Source of the DNA: Neophaeotheca triangularis | Lineage: Eukaryota | NCBI GenBank assembly: GCA_054600435.1 | Contig: BAAIJX010000078.1 | Coordinates: 1 to 64,000 of the forward strand | DNA: 64,000 bases | Reading direction: 5' to 3' | In this document: piece by piece, positions 1 through 12,279 of the stretch | How the letters are laid out: each line of letters opens with the position of its first letter | How positions within the stretch are numbered: position 1 is the first letter of the stretch | Notes under the pieces: model-generated | What the model was told of the DNA's origin: nothing | The model's database searches: none | Seen by the model: the letters and a program-made list of their open reading frames with translations, nothing else | Position numbers and translations under genes: made by a program

Positions 1-75
1 ATCAAAACATTGATGTAAAAAATTTTGTTTGTTAAATCCACGATCCAGTGCTATCAAATAATCCACACCATTCCG

Positions 76-106
76 CCCCTCCCCCCCCCCCCCCCCCCCC
101 CCTCCC
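76..106. repeat. Poly-C tract in the ICL intron, near the window edge
   Basis: Near-pure C run seen directly. Confidence 0.9.
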
Positions 107-132
107 AGAAGACTAACCTCCCAACCCCCCAG

Positions 133-493
133 ACTCGCCTACAACCTCTCCCCCTCCTTCAACTGGAAATCGGCCATGCAGCCCAAAGACCAAGAAACCT
201 ACATCAAGCGCCTGGCAGAACTAGGTTACTGCTGGCAATTCATCACGCTCGCAGGCTTGCACAGCACCGCACTCATCTCCAACTCCTTCTCCTCAGCCTA
301 CGCCAAGTCCGGCATGCGCGCCTACGGCGAGCTGATCCAGGAGCCCGAGATGAACCAAGGCGTCGAGGTCGTCACGCACCAGAAGTGGAGCGGGGCCAAT
401 TACGCTGATGAGTTGCTTAAGATGGTTAGTGGCGGTGTTAGCAGCACTAGTGCTATGGGTAAGGGTGTTACTGAGGATCAGTTTAAGAAATGA
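133..493 (+). CDS. ICL1: Isocitrate lyase, last exon only (5' part not in window)
   Basis: CTAAC branch point at 113-117 and AG acceptor at 131-132. The exon reads [11 protein letters not shown]...[10 protein letters not shown]...GMRAY...HQKWSGANY...TEDQFKK*, the conserved ICL C-terminus. Confidence 0.93.
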
Positions 494-1996
494 GGGGGGT
501 CTTGGTAATTGAGTGGGTGTTTTCGTTTTGTAAGGGCGTAGGTAGTGTAGGTTGAAATCTGCGTTTATATACACCTGTCGAGGATTCTGATACGATTTTG
601 ACGGCGCGGCATTTTTATACCCAAGGTGAGTCGGAATCAGGCTAGCCGGTTCTTACATCCAGCACACGACCTTCTCTTTTCAGTACCGAGGAATTGGGCC
701 CAGAACCTGGATATATAGAGACAAGGCCGAGCCGACTCGAAACCGAGCTACCGGAAGCCAGCCCTCTTGCGCACGGATTCTATAAAAAAAATCCACCACG
801 CACAGCTTCATGGTGGCTTGAGCACACACATACACACACGCACACACCGCAAAAAGAAGACGACAAAAAAGATACAACAGGTGGGATTCCCACGTGGTCA
901 CCCACCGTAGTACTAATCACCCGCTTCAATGCTTGAATATGGCAGAGCGGACGGGATGCCTTAGATTCATTGAGCTCTGGTCGTATCTGAAAGCAGAAGG
1001 CGCGCAATGCAATATATCCTGTGTAACTTCGAATCGGGCTGATGTCTTCGTCCCCCGCCTATGTGAGTTTGACTCCAAGAGTCTTTAATGAAAGGATCCT
1101 GCACAAAGCCAGCCTGCTATTCGAGCGACATTTGATCCAACAGCAGTCGACGAGTGAGCAGTCCGCGGTCGAGGATGACGATACTGCTCTCTCTTAAGGC
1201 TGGCGGCACAGAACACACGAAGCAATCTGGAATACTCGCCGTCGGGGTCTCGAGAGGACCGAGGCAGCAGCAGGCGCAACCAGTGTACTCTTCAGCATCT
1301 TGGACTCTTCTATAGACCTGAAAGACTGCGATGAGTTTTTTGTAGACGCTTTGCCATTGGGACGGCTACATACCCGTTTACATACTCCTCGTCCGGGCAA
1401 GGGGAACGGTCATGCGTGGGTTCCAAACTTTCACTTCACTTTACTTTATACTGGTAAGGGTATTCTGGAAGTACTTGCTTGGATTGCGGTGGGCTTGGGG
1501 GGATAGGAGCAAGCTTTGCATGGCTGGTTAAGGGGCGATATTACATTCTTAGCATTAGGTTGACTCTAGTGTTGCTCCAGTACTGCTTTAGAAGAGCTCG
1601 AAAAGGTAGAACACATGCTTCTATGGGCAATCCGCGAGCTAAGGGGGAAAAGGGAGTCGGTTTCTATCAAATCCCGGATGTTCTTAGTCTTCGCCGCCTC
1701 ACCGGTTTTCGATTTCGTACTTGAGATTTGAGGATTGTCATGTTAGTATAAATGAAGGAAACAAAAGGGGGGACAGATGATGGAGACGATGCTTGACAAT
1801 GTTCACCGACGCCTTCGTGCTTGAAATTTTATACAGAAGTGCTCTCGTCAACCCGGTTCTACCACGTCGCTGACTTGGGTATTTTTCCATGTCTCCTTCG
1901 CTGTTCAGTCCTAACGAGGCCGTGAGTCGGGCCACACTGAAGAGCACACGCATACAATACGCGATGTCTCTGTACAAACAGTGCCCCTTATTCCCC

Positions 1997-3680
1997 TTAT
2001 TCCCCCTTTTCCCCCTTTCCCTCGCTCGTCTCAGGAGCAGCCGCGGCAGGTTTGGCAGGCTTCTCCCGGCTCTTCGCCCTCTTGTCGGAATAATACCTCC
2101 AACTCCTCGCTAAGCCAGCAGTGAAAACGCTCTTCACGCTCTGGCTAGTACTGCTCCAAGACACGGTATTCCTGACCGTCTTTGAAACCTGCTCGGGCAA
2201 ATCCTCCTGCGCCGCGATCCTGCGCTCAAACTCCCCACCCTCACGTCGGCGGAAAGTCTCGGTCCCATCGTCATCGTCGCGGCTCTGGTCGAGTATTGCG
2301 TCGAAAGCTGAGCCGGGGATTTGAAACTTCTCTTGGTACTGGTGGTAGAGCTTTTGGCGGAAAGCTTTGGGTAGGCGGCGAACCATGTTGCCCCGCTTCT
2401 TGGGGTCGAGGTCTTGGGTCAGATTCAGACCGGTCTCGCCGCCTAGTACGTCTTGAAGGTTTGGTGTGGCGCCCGTGTGCCGGATTGCGTCTTCCTTCTC
2501 CCATGCTTCTTCTTGCGGTTTCCGCGAGTCGGTGAAATCGACGTTGGGTAGGTTTTCAATCAACGGAACGTAGAGTTGTCGGAAGGCGGGCAGTTGGGCT
2601 CCGACAATGTTGGCGACTTTTCGGGGGTTCTCGCCGCCAAGGTAGGAGTTCATGCGTGGGTCGCCGAGGTAGGAAAGCCCGGCAATGCGCTCGTAGAGTT
2701 GACGTTCGGTGAACTTCTCCGGCAGACTTAGCAAGGCTGTTCGCACGGCGGAAATGAGGTTGACTTGATTTGCCAACCGCACTTTGGGATCATCACGCAG
2801 GATCTTGACGGGCTTTTGAAGGCGACCGGCTAGGTAGAGAGTATCCCATTCACTAAGGTCTCGGCACAGAGTGTCAAGGTTGACGACTCCGTACTTGATC
2901 ATGGTGCCGTTGGCATTGATATAGGGGTTGAAGTAAACACCGGCACCAAAGTTGTCCTGGATCTTGGATATGGCAGCTGAGCTGTACGGCAGGTATTTCA
3001 AGCCAGAGTAATGCTCAGGATGTTGAGTTAGGTTAAGGGAATGCCAGTGTTGTGTGTGCGACACGCCGAAGATGAAGTCTATTATCTTATGACCACCCTT
3101 TTGCCAATCCTCGACTGCTTTGGGAGGGTGTGGGTGTGGACTCAAGACGGAGCTTCCATCGGCGCTATCGGAAAGTTTCTGGCTGAAGACTCCTGAACCG
3201 TAAGCAAAGGCGTACCGAATGGGGGCCCTGAATTGCCAGAGGATTTGCCGCAGGGACTCCTTGAATTCTTCATTGACCTTGATGTGCTGGTTGTAGCCGA
3301 AGAACCGGTGGGGTAGTTGGGAGAAGGCAGTGATGTTGTAGTCGGGGTCATCATCCCAATCGGGAGGGAGGGTTTGGTGGCTAGAGTCGGCAGCGGTGGA
3401 TTCAGAAGATTGCGAAGAGGTAGGGTATGAGGTGTTGAAGGTATCGTTCTTCTCTTGCGTACGGGAAGTGGTAGAGGAAAGGTGTCTGCGGAGGGCTGTT
3501 GGCCGGTAATGCCATGCAGCCTGGCCGAGAAGAAAGGAGTGAGCGCCGACGAGGGAGTGGAAGGCTGGCGACGTCTGCTCAACATCGTCAGCCTTCCTGT
3601 ATGCGAAGCAAGTGTATGAGAGTAGATGTGGAATCATGTCTGTGGAATATACCTACCGATAGCTTGGGGAGGGGAGGCAT
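1997..3680 (-). CDS. TAM41: Mitochondrial phosphatidate cytidylyltransferase Tam41/Mmp37; exons 3680-3657 and 3574-1997
   Basis: Motifs PIRYAFAYGSGVF, IDFIFGV, GAGVYFNPY, KYGVV, LYLAGRLQKPV, LSYLGDPR. The ATG at 3680 (MPPLPKLS) is followed by a GTAGGT donor, CTGAC branch and CAG acceptor that join in frame. The N-terminus looks like a mitochondrial presequence. Confidence 0.93.
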
Positions 3681-4132
3681 AGTCGGAGAGGCTTTGGGTG
3701 GTTGCCGACTCTACTATTCCATTGAAAGGTCTTAATCAAATTGGTAAATCAAAGTCTCATCTGGATACGATTGAGGCCATAACAAATTGATGGGTGAAGG
3801 AGGGGAGGGAGGTGAAGAAGCAAATGCGAGAGCTCAATAGTAATAATAATGCATCCTTTGGCTCAGGAAGCTCAACCGGGCTTGCTGTCTGTCTCTCATC
3901 AGCTGCAGAGAAACAGTGGACGGGCAATCCAGGGCCTGCCAAGACGCTGTCGTCAGTCCCGAGTCGTCGGTCGGCATCTCCCGAGGTTGGTACCTGGCAC
4001 GTGCTAGCGTGGATCAAGCGCGCCGCCTCTCGGACTGTTTACCAGCGACAACACTGGACAGGACATCGAAACATACACATTCGACAATTATCTGCACACG
4101 TTACACACCCTTCGGCAACAACACTCCTCATC

Positions 4133-6656
4133 ATGGCTGTCGACTGGACTGCGGATAAACACAGTTTCGCCGATCGCTTGTCGACCTTCCAACACCCACA
4201 TCAACTGAGCAAGCGACGCGCTTCATCGCAAACCAAAGCCAAAAAGGCGAATACGGTCGAATGGCCTCATCAGAGACCCGCGCCTGAGGAGGTGAGTCGC
4301 CATATCCGTATTGATGAGAGCGCCGCGTTACTGACTTCGTCAGCTCGCACGCGCAGGATTCTTCTACCGCCCAGCAACCGACTCTCCCGACAATGTACAA
4401 TGCTTTTGCTGCGCAGTCAAGCTGGATGGCTGGGAGGAGGAGGACGACTCGCTCAAAGAACATCTTGCCCATTCCAAGGCGTGTGCTTGGGCGCTGTCTC
4501 TTTCCGTTAGCAGAACCCCTGACGAGGAGCCTGAAACGCGCGATCCCATGTCCGACGAAATGATGGATGCGCGTCAGGGTACATTTGATATTGGCAAGGG
4601 CTGGTGCCATGAGAGCAAGAGGGGCTGGCGATGCAAAATTGGCAAGATGGTCGAGGCTGGATGGACTTTCGATCCAAGTCCGGAAGCCGAGGATGGAGTC
4701 ACTTGCTTCTACTGCAATTTGAGTCTGGACGGATGGGAGCCCAAGGACGACCCACTGGAGGAGCACAAAAGAAGATCGCCCGAATGTCCCTTCTATACGT
4801 TGGTTGAGCAATATCATGGATCTGTAGGCAAGGGTAAAGGGAAGGGCAAAGGTAAAGGCAGGGGGAGTACGGCGAGCAGGGCGAGCAGGCTCAGTGCGCA
4901 GAGTGTGGCTAGTGGCTTCTCTGACGCGCCGAGCGCTGCCGACTTGGGCGAGGGTATGACCAGCGTCGATGATAGCATCATGTCCACTGCGTCGCAAGCC
5001 ACAGCCAAGGGAAAGAAGAAGCCCGGAAGGCCAAAGGCCGCTGCGAAGGGTGCAAAGGGGAAGAAAAGGGACAGTACGATGAGCCAGGATACGGAGATGG
5101 ACGTTCAGTATCCCGATTTGAGCATGCAGATGGACGGCACGCACGCAATGCCTGGACAATGGGATGATTCAGTGATACCAGAGACTGAAGAAGCAGCGCT
5201 CCCTGCTCCCGCAAAGGCGACACGAAAAGCGACACGACAATCAAAGCAGGCCGACTCGTCGCTAGCAGAGGTGTCTCAAATCGAAGCAACGGTGGGGAAA
5301 GCTACGAGAGGTAGAAAAGCAAAGGCCAAACCGGAGCCGGAACCTGAGCCAGAAGTTGACGAGCGAGTGGAGACACCCATGAAGCCGGAGCAACGAGAGA
5401 GCGAGGTGTCTGCACAATTGCAGGAGGAGTTGGATCATTCGATGGAGCTTGAGCCCCCTGATGGGCAAAGTACTCCGCAGCCAGAGCCTACCAGACCGAA
5501 ACGCGGTGTCAAGCGTACAAGCGATGGCATGAGGAAGCACAATGATTCTAGTGTGATGAATGTGGAGGAGCCTGATCAATCTGAGCCTGCTGCAAAAGGC
5601 GAAAAGGGCAAAAACGTCACACCACAACCGGTGTTGGCTGATGAGAGCGAGGCAGAAGCTCCTTTCCAGAATCCAGAGCCACTTCCACGCGAAACGACAG
5701 TGGAGCCACAGCTGGAGGGTGACATTGAGGTCGCAAAGCCAGCCAAAGCGAAGAAGGCGCCGGCCAAGAAAGGGAAAGGGAAAGGCAAGAAGACGTCTTC
5801 GGCTCGTTCTTCCAAGGCCACCGTCACAGAAGACGAGGAGACCCAACCATTCCGCGACCAACCTGAAGACCTCGAAAAGGACGAGCAAGAGATTGACGCC
5901 GAGCTCAAGCGCATAGCAGAAGAGCAAACCGCTAGCGCCGCCAGGGATCCAACCCCTGAGCAAAACGAACAAGGCCACGAAAAAGAATACGAACCTTCGC
6001 CCACGCCTCACAAACAGCAGCACGCGAATAGAATCCACGAGCTAGAGGCAAATCTTCACGACGAAGTCGAGCACATACCCCGACCGGGCGAGAACATGAC
6101 CAAATACGTCGCCACCGTTGCAATCTCTCCACACCCGGACCGGCAATACCACGAACTCGCCACAAGGCAACCTGAACCACACTCGCAAATCCACCACGCC
6201 ACCCCCAGCCCCAGCCCCAGCGACAAAGAAAACCAACCCTCCTCCCACCCCCGTGCCCCAAGCACCATCAAACCCGCTCCTATTGTATTAAGCCCATCAA
6301 AAAACCCCTCCCGCCAACCCCTCGCCCTGAGCACCCCGAACCGCACCTCCCCCTCCAAAACTCTCACCCACCTTACCTCCACAGCACCCTGGCACCCCGT
6401 CCCTGACACGCTACTCGACAACCTCCTCCTCACTTCCCCGCAACCGACCCCAAATCGCTTGGGAGCGCAACTCGCCGATGCGGCGGGCAGGTTGAGCGAA
6501 GAAGAAGCGGCGATGAGTGTGGAAGCTTGGGTGCGGTGGCGAGCGGGACGCGCGGAAGAGGAGCTGAGACGCAAGTGTGAGAGGTTGGTGCAGGGGTTTG
6601 AGGGCGAGGGGAACAGGGCTGTGGAGAGCTTGGGGGAGATTGAGGTTATTTCGTAG
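4133..6656 (+). CDS. BIR1: BIR-domain chromosome segregation protein (Bir1/survivin-like); exons 4133-4291 and 4344-6656
   Basis: Two BIR repeats: RLSTF...WP...LARAGFFY...DNVQCFCC..KLDGWE..D....EH..HS..C and MVEAGW...DGVTCFYC..SLDGWEPKDDP..EH....PEC. Intron GTGAGT...CTGAC...CAG restores the frame. Long low-complexity middle and a C-terminal helix. Confidence 0.9.
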
Positions 6657-7693
6657 GAGGGGAAGTGAGAGGCGGAGTTTTGATTTTCTCGGTTGGGTAC
6701 TTTTGGGATACGGACGGTTTGGGTAGGTTCGGGTCTGGATTGATGTATCTGCTGCGGTTTTTGGTGGTCGGGTTAGGAATGCCTTGCGTTATGAGCGATG
6801 AGTCGAGATACTGCCATGATCTGTCTCCTTTTTTTCCTTTTCCTCTCGTGCAGGGTTCTTTTTGGTAGTTTTCTCCGTTCGGATCTCTCAAGCGCATTTC
6901 ACTGTAACCCGCTGCCTGATGCACAGGCTACTATCGATGCTGTATAGGATCACGATCTCCACAACAAGTATACACCGGCAGTTTTCTCGCTTGCAGTGGG
7001 TATCGTCCGACGACTACAGGTCACCAGTTTCCTGGCACTGCTTTCCCAAACTGGCCGCTTGATGACATTGCTCAGACGCGCGAACCACGGTGACGCCTAA
7101 CTTGCCTTGTATTCCCTTATGAAAACGCCAGATAATCATTTTGCAGACTCCCAGAGTGACTCAACGCGTGTCTTCTACATCCGTGAGCCACCATCGCCGG
7201 GATTTAGGCTACGATGTATGGATGTATCGTTCGCGATAGAACATTTGTACAGGGTCAGAGTTGGGGCGGCCGAGGCTTCCGAGGTTGGGAGACTACCCAG
7301 CCAGCTAGCATTCACATACATACTTGTCGTTGCAATCATCGTACCCAACAGAGCACTACCAAACCGCGCCGGATGAGGAGTCCGAGGATGATGGGGAACG
7401 TGGTGGAATTGATCTTAGAGGCGAAGAATCGGGAGGAGTAAGACGGAGTCGTATCTTCAGCTAATTAGGTACAAAGTATTTCTATGCTCCAACTTGTGGG
7501 CGTTCTCGACGACACGCTAGCACGAGCGCAGTGACTGGGCTTTCAAGGAAGCATTGTTCAGTACACATCGGCGGGGGACTGCGTAGGAATCCCACCTGCT
7601 GGCATGTTCAAAGTTTGATTTCGCCGTACTGCGTGGTTAATCCACAGTCACCAGAAAAGCGCACCGCAACCTCGAACCCCTAACAAAAACCCC

Positions 7694-9212
7694 TCACTTC
7701 TTCGCTTCTAACCCTGCATGCTCCTTCAGAATCCTATTCAACCCGTCCCGCTGCACACAGTCCTCAAAGGCAAAACTCCGCGCCAAGTCATCCAACTCCG
7801 CCTCCCCTTTCCCTTCAAACAACTTCGCAAACTCCATGACAAAGCTCTCAGCCAGAAAAGTCTGCATGACGGCCCTCTCAACATGCCTTGCCGTGTTCCA
7901 CGTCGTAGGATACGTCGCCTTGGCCTCGGGAGAAACCTCATCGATCCACTTGACCAGCGGCTGGAGCAGACTATCAATCTCGCTCGACGGGTACATGCCC
8001 CAGGCATCGAGTTGAAAGCGTTTCTTCTTCTCCAGAATCGGCTGGATGAGCTTGTTCCACGCCGAGTCCGGCGACGTGTGCACCATGCCCTGCAGTCCGA
8101 CGTCTTTGTAGAGCCAGATGGACCAGGGGATCTGGTCTTTGTCGTAGATGCGAAGTTGTTCGCCCAGCAGTTGGTAGCGGGACTCGTTGATGGCGTCGGC
8201 GTCGTCGTCGGTGCGCGGGTTGGCGTAAACGGGCCCGAATTCGCCGTTCCAGCAGGGGGTGTTGTGGGTTCGCATGAATTCTGTTTTGCGCTCGTATTGT
8301 CGGGCGAGTTTGCTCGCTTGCTCTGAGCTTCCCGTGTAGCGTTGGCCTGAGGGGAAGCCCATCGTGCTATAGTCGTGCATGGCATAGACGCTGTTGGGGA
8401 GGACGTGGTCGAAACCGCGCCATTCGGCTGCAAAGGTGTTGCCGTCGAGCCAGAGGATGTGGTCAGGGTCGATGGCGCGTATTGATTTCTCCAAGCGGTC
8501 GTAAAAGGCTGGGAGTCGAACGTGCTCAGGGTCGCAGGGCTCATTGATTGGGTCTGGGACAATCGGTTAGCCTTTAATTCGTGTTTGTTGATCATGGAAA
8601 AACTCACTGTACCCTGCCACCCATGGATTACCTTTGTAGCGAGCGGCCAACTGCTCCCACAGCCAGACCGTGCGATCTTGGTGATCCTTGTACTCCCAGA
8701 AACCAGCATACGACGTCGGATTATCAGCATGCCAATCAGGACCTTGGCCGCCCGGAAGAGTGTGCAGATCTAAGATAGTGTATATCCCCTCATCAGCGCA
8801 AAGCTTGACAACGCGGTCAATGTGCTTGAAACCTGACTCCTTGAGCACCCTTGGGTTCATATCATCGTCCAGATGCCTATGGTTAAAAGGCAGCCGCAAG
8901 CAATTGAGCCCGAGACTTTTGAAGAATTTGGCATCGGCGACGTTGAAGAAATAAGTGTAGAACTTGTCGAAGAAGAAGTCATGTCTCTCCTGGCCCATGA
9001 CTTTGATCATGGCTCGATGAGCGGAAGATTCATGGCCGGGTGCTCCCCAGATGAAGTTTTCTGAGATTCGTCAGTAATCGCCGGTCAAGTGAGTAGGAAG
9101 AACACCTACCCAGATTGAGCCATCCGCCAATAGCAGCCCCTCTAAGGATCACAGGCTTGCCTTGAGGGTCAACGATATTTGAGCCATCGACCTTGAGGAT
9201 ACCTGTAGACAT
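7694..9212 (-). CDS. Glycoside hydrolase family 5, no evident signal peptide; exons 9212-9110, 9060-8608, 8553-7694
   Basis: The spliced product gives LRGAAIGGWLNLENFI, LRLPFNHRH, ILDLH, the acid/base motif NEP (GYNPINEP across intron 2), HDY and the nucleophile motif WNGEFG. Both introns are canonical. Confidence 0.9.
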
Positions 9213-9799
9213 GACGGCAACTGGCGAGGAATGAGGTAGGCGGGTTGGTAGCGAATTGGACCAAGTCGAGCCAAGTGATTGAACGAAGAACTCAGCAACG
9301 AAAGTCTTCCCACCTTTGTTGATCTGCAATTGAGACTAGAATCGTGTCCGATGTATTGCCTCCCGACGTACGCACGCCAGTATATATACAGGTAGGTACT
9401 TACAGCCAAACCTAGCCAATGGAGCAAGCTCCGCTCGAGGGGGATGCCTCTTTAGCCTGATTGCTTCAAGTTGTCTCGGCATGAGGTGCACCGAGGTCTT
9501 GGTATAGCTATCGATTGACGACCTGGAGAGGCATCATTGAGCGGCCAAGCACTCTGCTCTCCACTTGGATGCATTCTTTACCACCGTACATGATTTTGAT
9601 TCTGCCAGACCTGGAGCGAACGCGGGTGGAAGGGGGTAAATAGTAAACGACGTGAGGAGAAGGATGGTCGAAGTCGAACAAATCCGCTAGTCCCCTTCAA
9701 GCCATCCGTCCGGAATAGGAAGTGACGTGAGACTGTAGCAAGAGAAAAAAAAAGTAATCTGATCACTAAAAGACTCAAAAGTATTATTGCAATCAAGCA

Positions 9800-11569
9800 A
9801 TGAGGCCATTGCCTCGAATAAACCTCTCCCGTCTCGCCCGATTTCCCAACCAGCAATCCAGAGCCTTCACGAGCAGCCCGCGCCTCACGCGACGCCTCCC
9901 CAAACCCACCATCGAAGAAGAACTCGCCATGGCCTCCTCCCACAACTACAACACCTGGACACACGGCGACCTGATCAACCGCGTAACGACATTGGAAACA
10001 CAACTCCGCGCGCGCAATGCCGAGCTCGCGCAACTCTCCAGCCCAACGCCGCCGAAAAAGCAGCCCAAAAAGGCGCCGAAACCCTTTGATCCCTCGCGCT
10101 ACCATAACCGCCACATAGCGCTCAAGTTCGCGTATCTGGGGGGCAGGTATAATGGATTTGAGCACCATACGGGGAACACGACGCCGTTGCCGACGATTGA
10201 GGAGGAGTTGTGGAAGGCTTTGAAAAAGACAAGGTTGATTCTAACGCAGGCGGACGAGGTTAATTGGGAGGCGTGTGAGTATAGTAAGTGTGGTAGGACG
10301 GACCGAGGGGTTAGTGCTTTTGGGCAGGTGATTGGGATCAGGGTGAGGAGTGCGAGGCCGGTTCAGCGGGAAAGAGCAGAGCAGGCGGTTGTGGAGGGTG
10401 AGGGTGGTGCGGTCAGCGAGGAGCAGAACGGTGTTGCGCAAGAGGATGTTGAGGAGACTCTCGAGGAGCCACGTTGGGATCCTGTCAATGATGAGCTGCC
10501 TTACATCCAGCTCTTGAACCGTGTGCTGCCGCAGGACATTCGTGTGCTGGCATGGTGTCCTGACCCGCCCCAAGACTTTTCTGCGCGATTCAATTGTCGC
10601 GAACGAAGATACAGGTACTTTTTCACTAACCCTGCCTACCCTCCTGTACCCGTGAGCCAGCCTCCTGGCGTGAACGGTGAAGGCTGGCTCGATATCCCAG
10701 CCATGCAAGAGGCAGCAGCGAAGTATGAAGGCTTGCACGATTTCAGGAACTTCTGCAAAATCGACGCGAGCAAACAAATTACCAATTACGATCGTCGAAT
10801 CTTCTCCGCGCGCGTTTTGCCAGTGAGCGCGGATGGTGCTCCAGAGACGACCGAGGAAGGACAGTCTCGTGCCGCCTACAACCTAACCGCGCATCCATCG
10901 CTTTACTACTTCGAAGTACGAGGTAGTGCCTTCCTCTGGCACCAAGTTCGCCACCTCATAGCCGTGCTGTTCCTAGTCGGCCAGGGCTACGAGAAACCCA
11001 GTATTGTCGATGAATTGCTGGACCCGAGCAAAGTCTCGTCCAAGCCAAATTACGAAATGGCCAGTGACGTCCCTCTTGTGCTATGGGACTGCGTCTTCCC
11101 CGACCTCGATAAGCTGAGCGAAGACGACCACGTCTACGGCGAGAAAGCCGGCTCCACGAGCTATGAGGACGGTATGAACTGGATCTACGTTGGTGAGGAG
11201 GCCGGCGGCCGGGAACGCGCAAAGCGCAGTACCCCAGGTATAGAAGACGGCAAGTACGGTCGCAACGGCTTGCTGGAGGATCTGTGGGCACTATGGAGGA
11301 CGAGAAAGATGGATGAGATTTTGGCCGGCAGTCTGATGGAAGTGATTGCCCGGCAGGGATACGTACCGAAAGCCTCCGACGCCGCTTCCCTGTCCAGTGT
11401 CCAGCACAGCGAGCGCGTCTTCGATGGCAGTGAGATGCCCAGGACGGTGGGGACCTACGTTCCGCTGTTGCGGCGGTCGAGGACCGAACCCTTCGCCGTT
11501 CTGAACGCGCGGTACGCGGCTCGCAAGGGGCTGAAACCCAAAGACCCAATGGACGTAGACGGAAAATAG
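9800..11569 (+). CDS. DEG1: tRNA pseudouridine(38/39) synthase, TruA family
   Basis: HIALKFAYLG..YNG, catalytic SKCGRTDRGVSA, FSARF.C..R.YRYFF, HDFRNFCK, GSAFLWHQVR. Second in-frame ATG at 9929. Confidence 0.92.
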   Translation: MRPLPRINLSRLARFPNQQSRAFTSSPRLTRRLPKPTIEEELAMASSHNYNTWTHGDLINRVTTLETQLRARNAELAQLSSPTPPKKQPKKAPKPFDPSRYHNRHIALKFAYLGGRYNGFEHHTGNTTPLPTIEEELWKALKKTRLILTQADEVNWEACEYSKCGRTDRGVSAFGQVIGIRVRSARPVQRERAEQAVVEGEGGAVSEEQNGVAQEDVEETLEEPRWDPVNDELPYIQLLNRVLPQDIRVLAWCPDPPQDFSARFNCRERRYRYFFTNPAYPPVPVSQPPGVNGEGWLDIPAMQEAAAKYEGLHDFRNFCKIDASKQITNYDRRIFSARVLPVSADGAPETTEEGQSRAAYNLTAHPSLYYFEVRGSAFLWHQVRHLIAVLFLVGQGYEKPSIVDELLDPSKVSSKPNYEMASDVPLVLWDCVFPDLDKLSEDDHVYGEKAGSTSYEDGMNWIYVGEEAGGRERAKRSTPGIEDGKYGRNGLLEDLWALWRTRKMDEILAGSLMEVIARQGYVPKASDAASLSSVQHSERVFDGSEMPRTVGTYVPLLRRSRTEPFAVLNARYAARKGLKPKDPMDVDGK

Positions 11570-11607
11570 AATAGCAATCCCCAAATACCTAGCCACATGC
11601 CGCTCCC

Positions 11608-12279
11608 TCAAATCTTAGCCTCATGCAAGCAAGCTCTCGCACCCCTCCACACCTGCTCCAAAACACCCCTTCGCGGCAAAATGCTCTACGTGAAATTCTC
11701 AGCAAAACACAAAATGACATCGTAGATTTCCAAGAACCGCAAAGCGCTACTCACCGGAAACACGACGACGACATCTTCCTCGCCGTCTACCACGATGCAC
11801 AAGTAGAATTTCACCTCGAAACCCTGGAAGGCTTCGTGGATGAAAATGTCTTGTACGCTTGTCGTGGGAATGAAGCGCGTGGAGCCGGGCCAGAGGTAGC
11901 TGGGCGAGGAAGTGGAGGTCTGGACACCGAGACCGCGAACTACGAGGAGCGATTCGGTCGTGTATCCTTTGCGGGAGACGAGCCAGAGGGTTGCGAGTGC
12001 TATGGGTATTTGCCAGGGGAAGGGGATTGCGTGGGTTATGGTGAGTGCCAGGCGGCCTGGGAGGGTTTCGAGAATTGTGGTGAGGATGTTGGGTGTGTTT
12101 GCGGGCGTAATGGTTTCCGTGTAAATTGATGTCAGGACTAGGAGAACTGCGAGGGCGAGTAGAATGCGTAGTAGAGCTAGTTGGAGTGCCCATAGGCGCG
12201 CTGTGAGGGTGTTGTTGGCTGCTTTGGTGGAGACAGTGTAGAGCACCGTCGAGGACGTGGGTCTCTGTATCGTGAGCAT
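11608..12279 (-). CDS. GPI15: GPI-GlcNAc transferase complex subunit PIG-H/Gpi15; exons 12279-11755 and 11685-11608
   Basis: Two hydrophobic segments, then ESLLVVRGLGVQTST...TRFIP...DIFIHEAF..FEV.FYL.IVV......VVVFP. A GTGAGT...CTGAG...TAG intron adds SILPRR..LEQVWRGARACL. Confidence 0.85.

Noticed and set aside
494..1996. Short ORFs and a CA-rich tract between ICL and TAM41
   Set aside because: No coding signature, transposon termini or RNA gene recognised.
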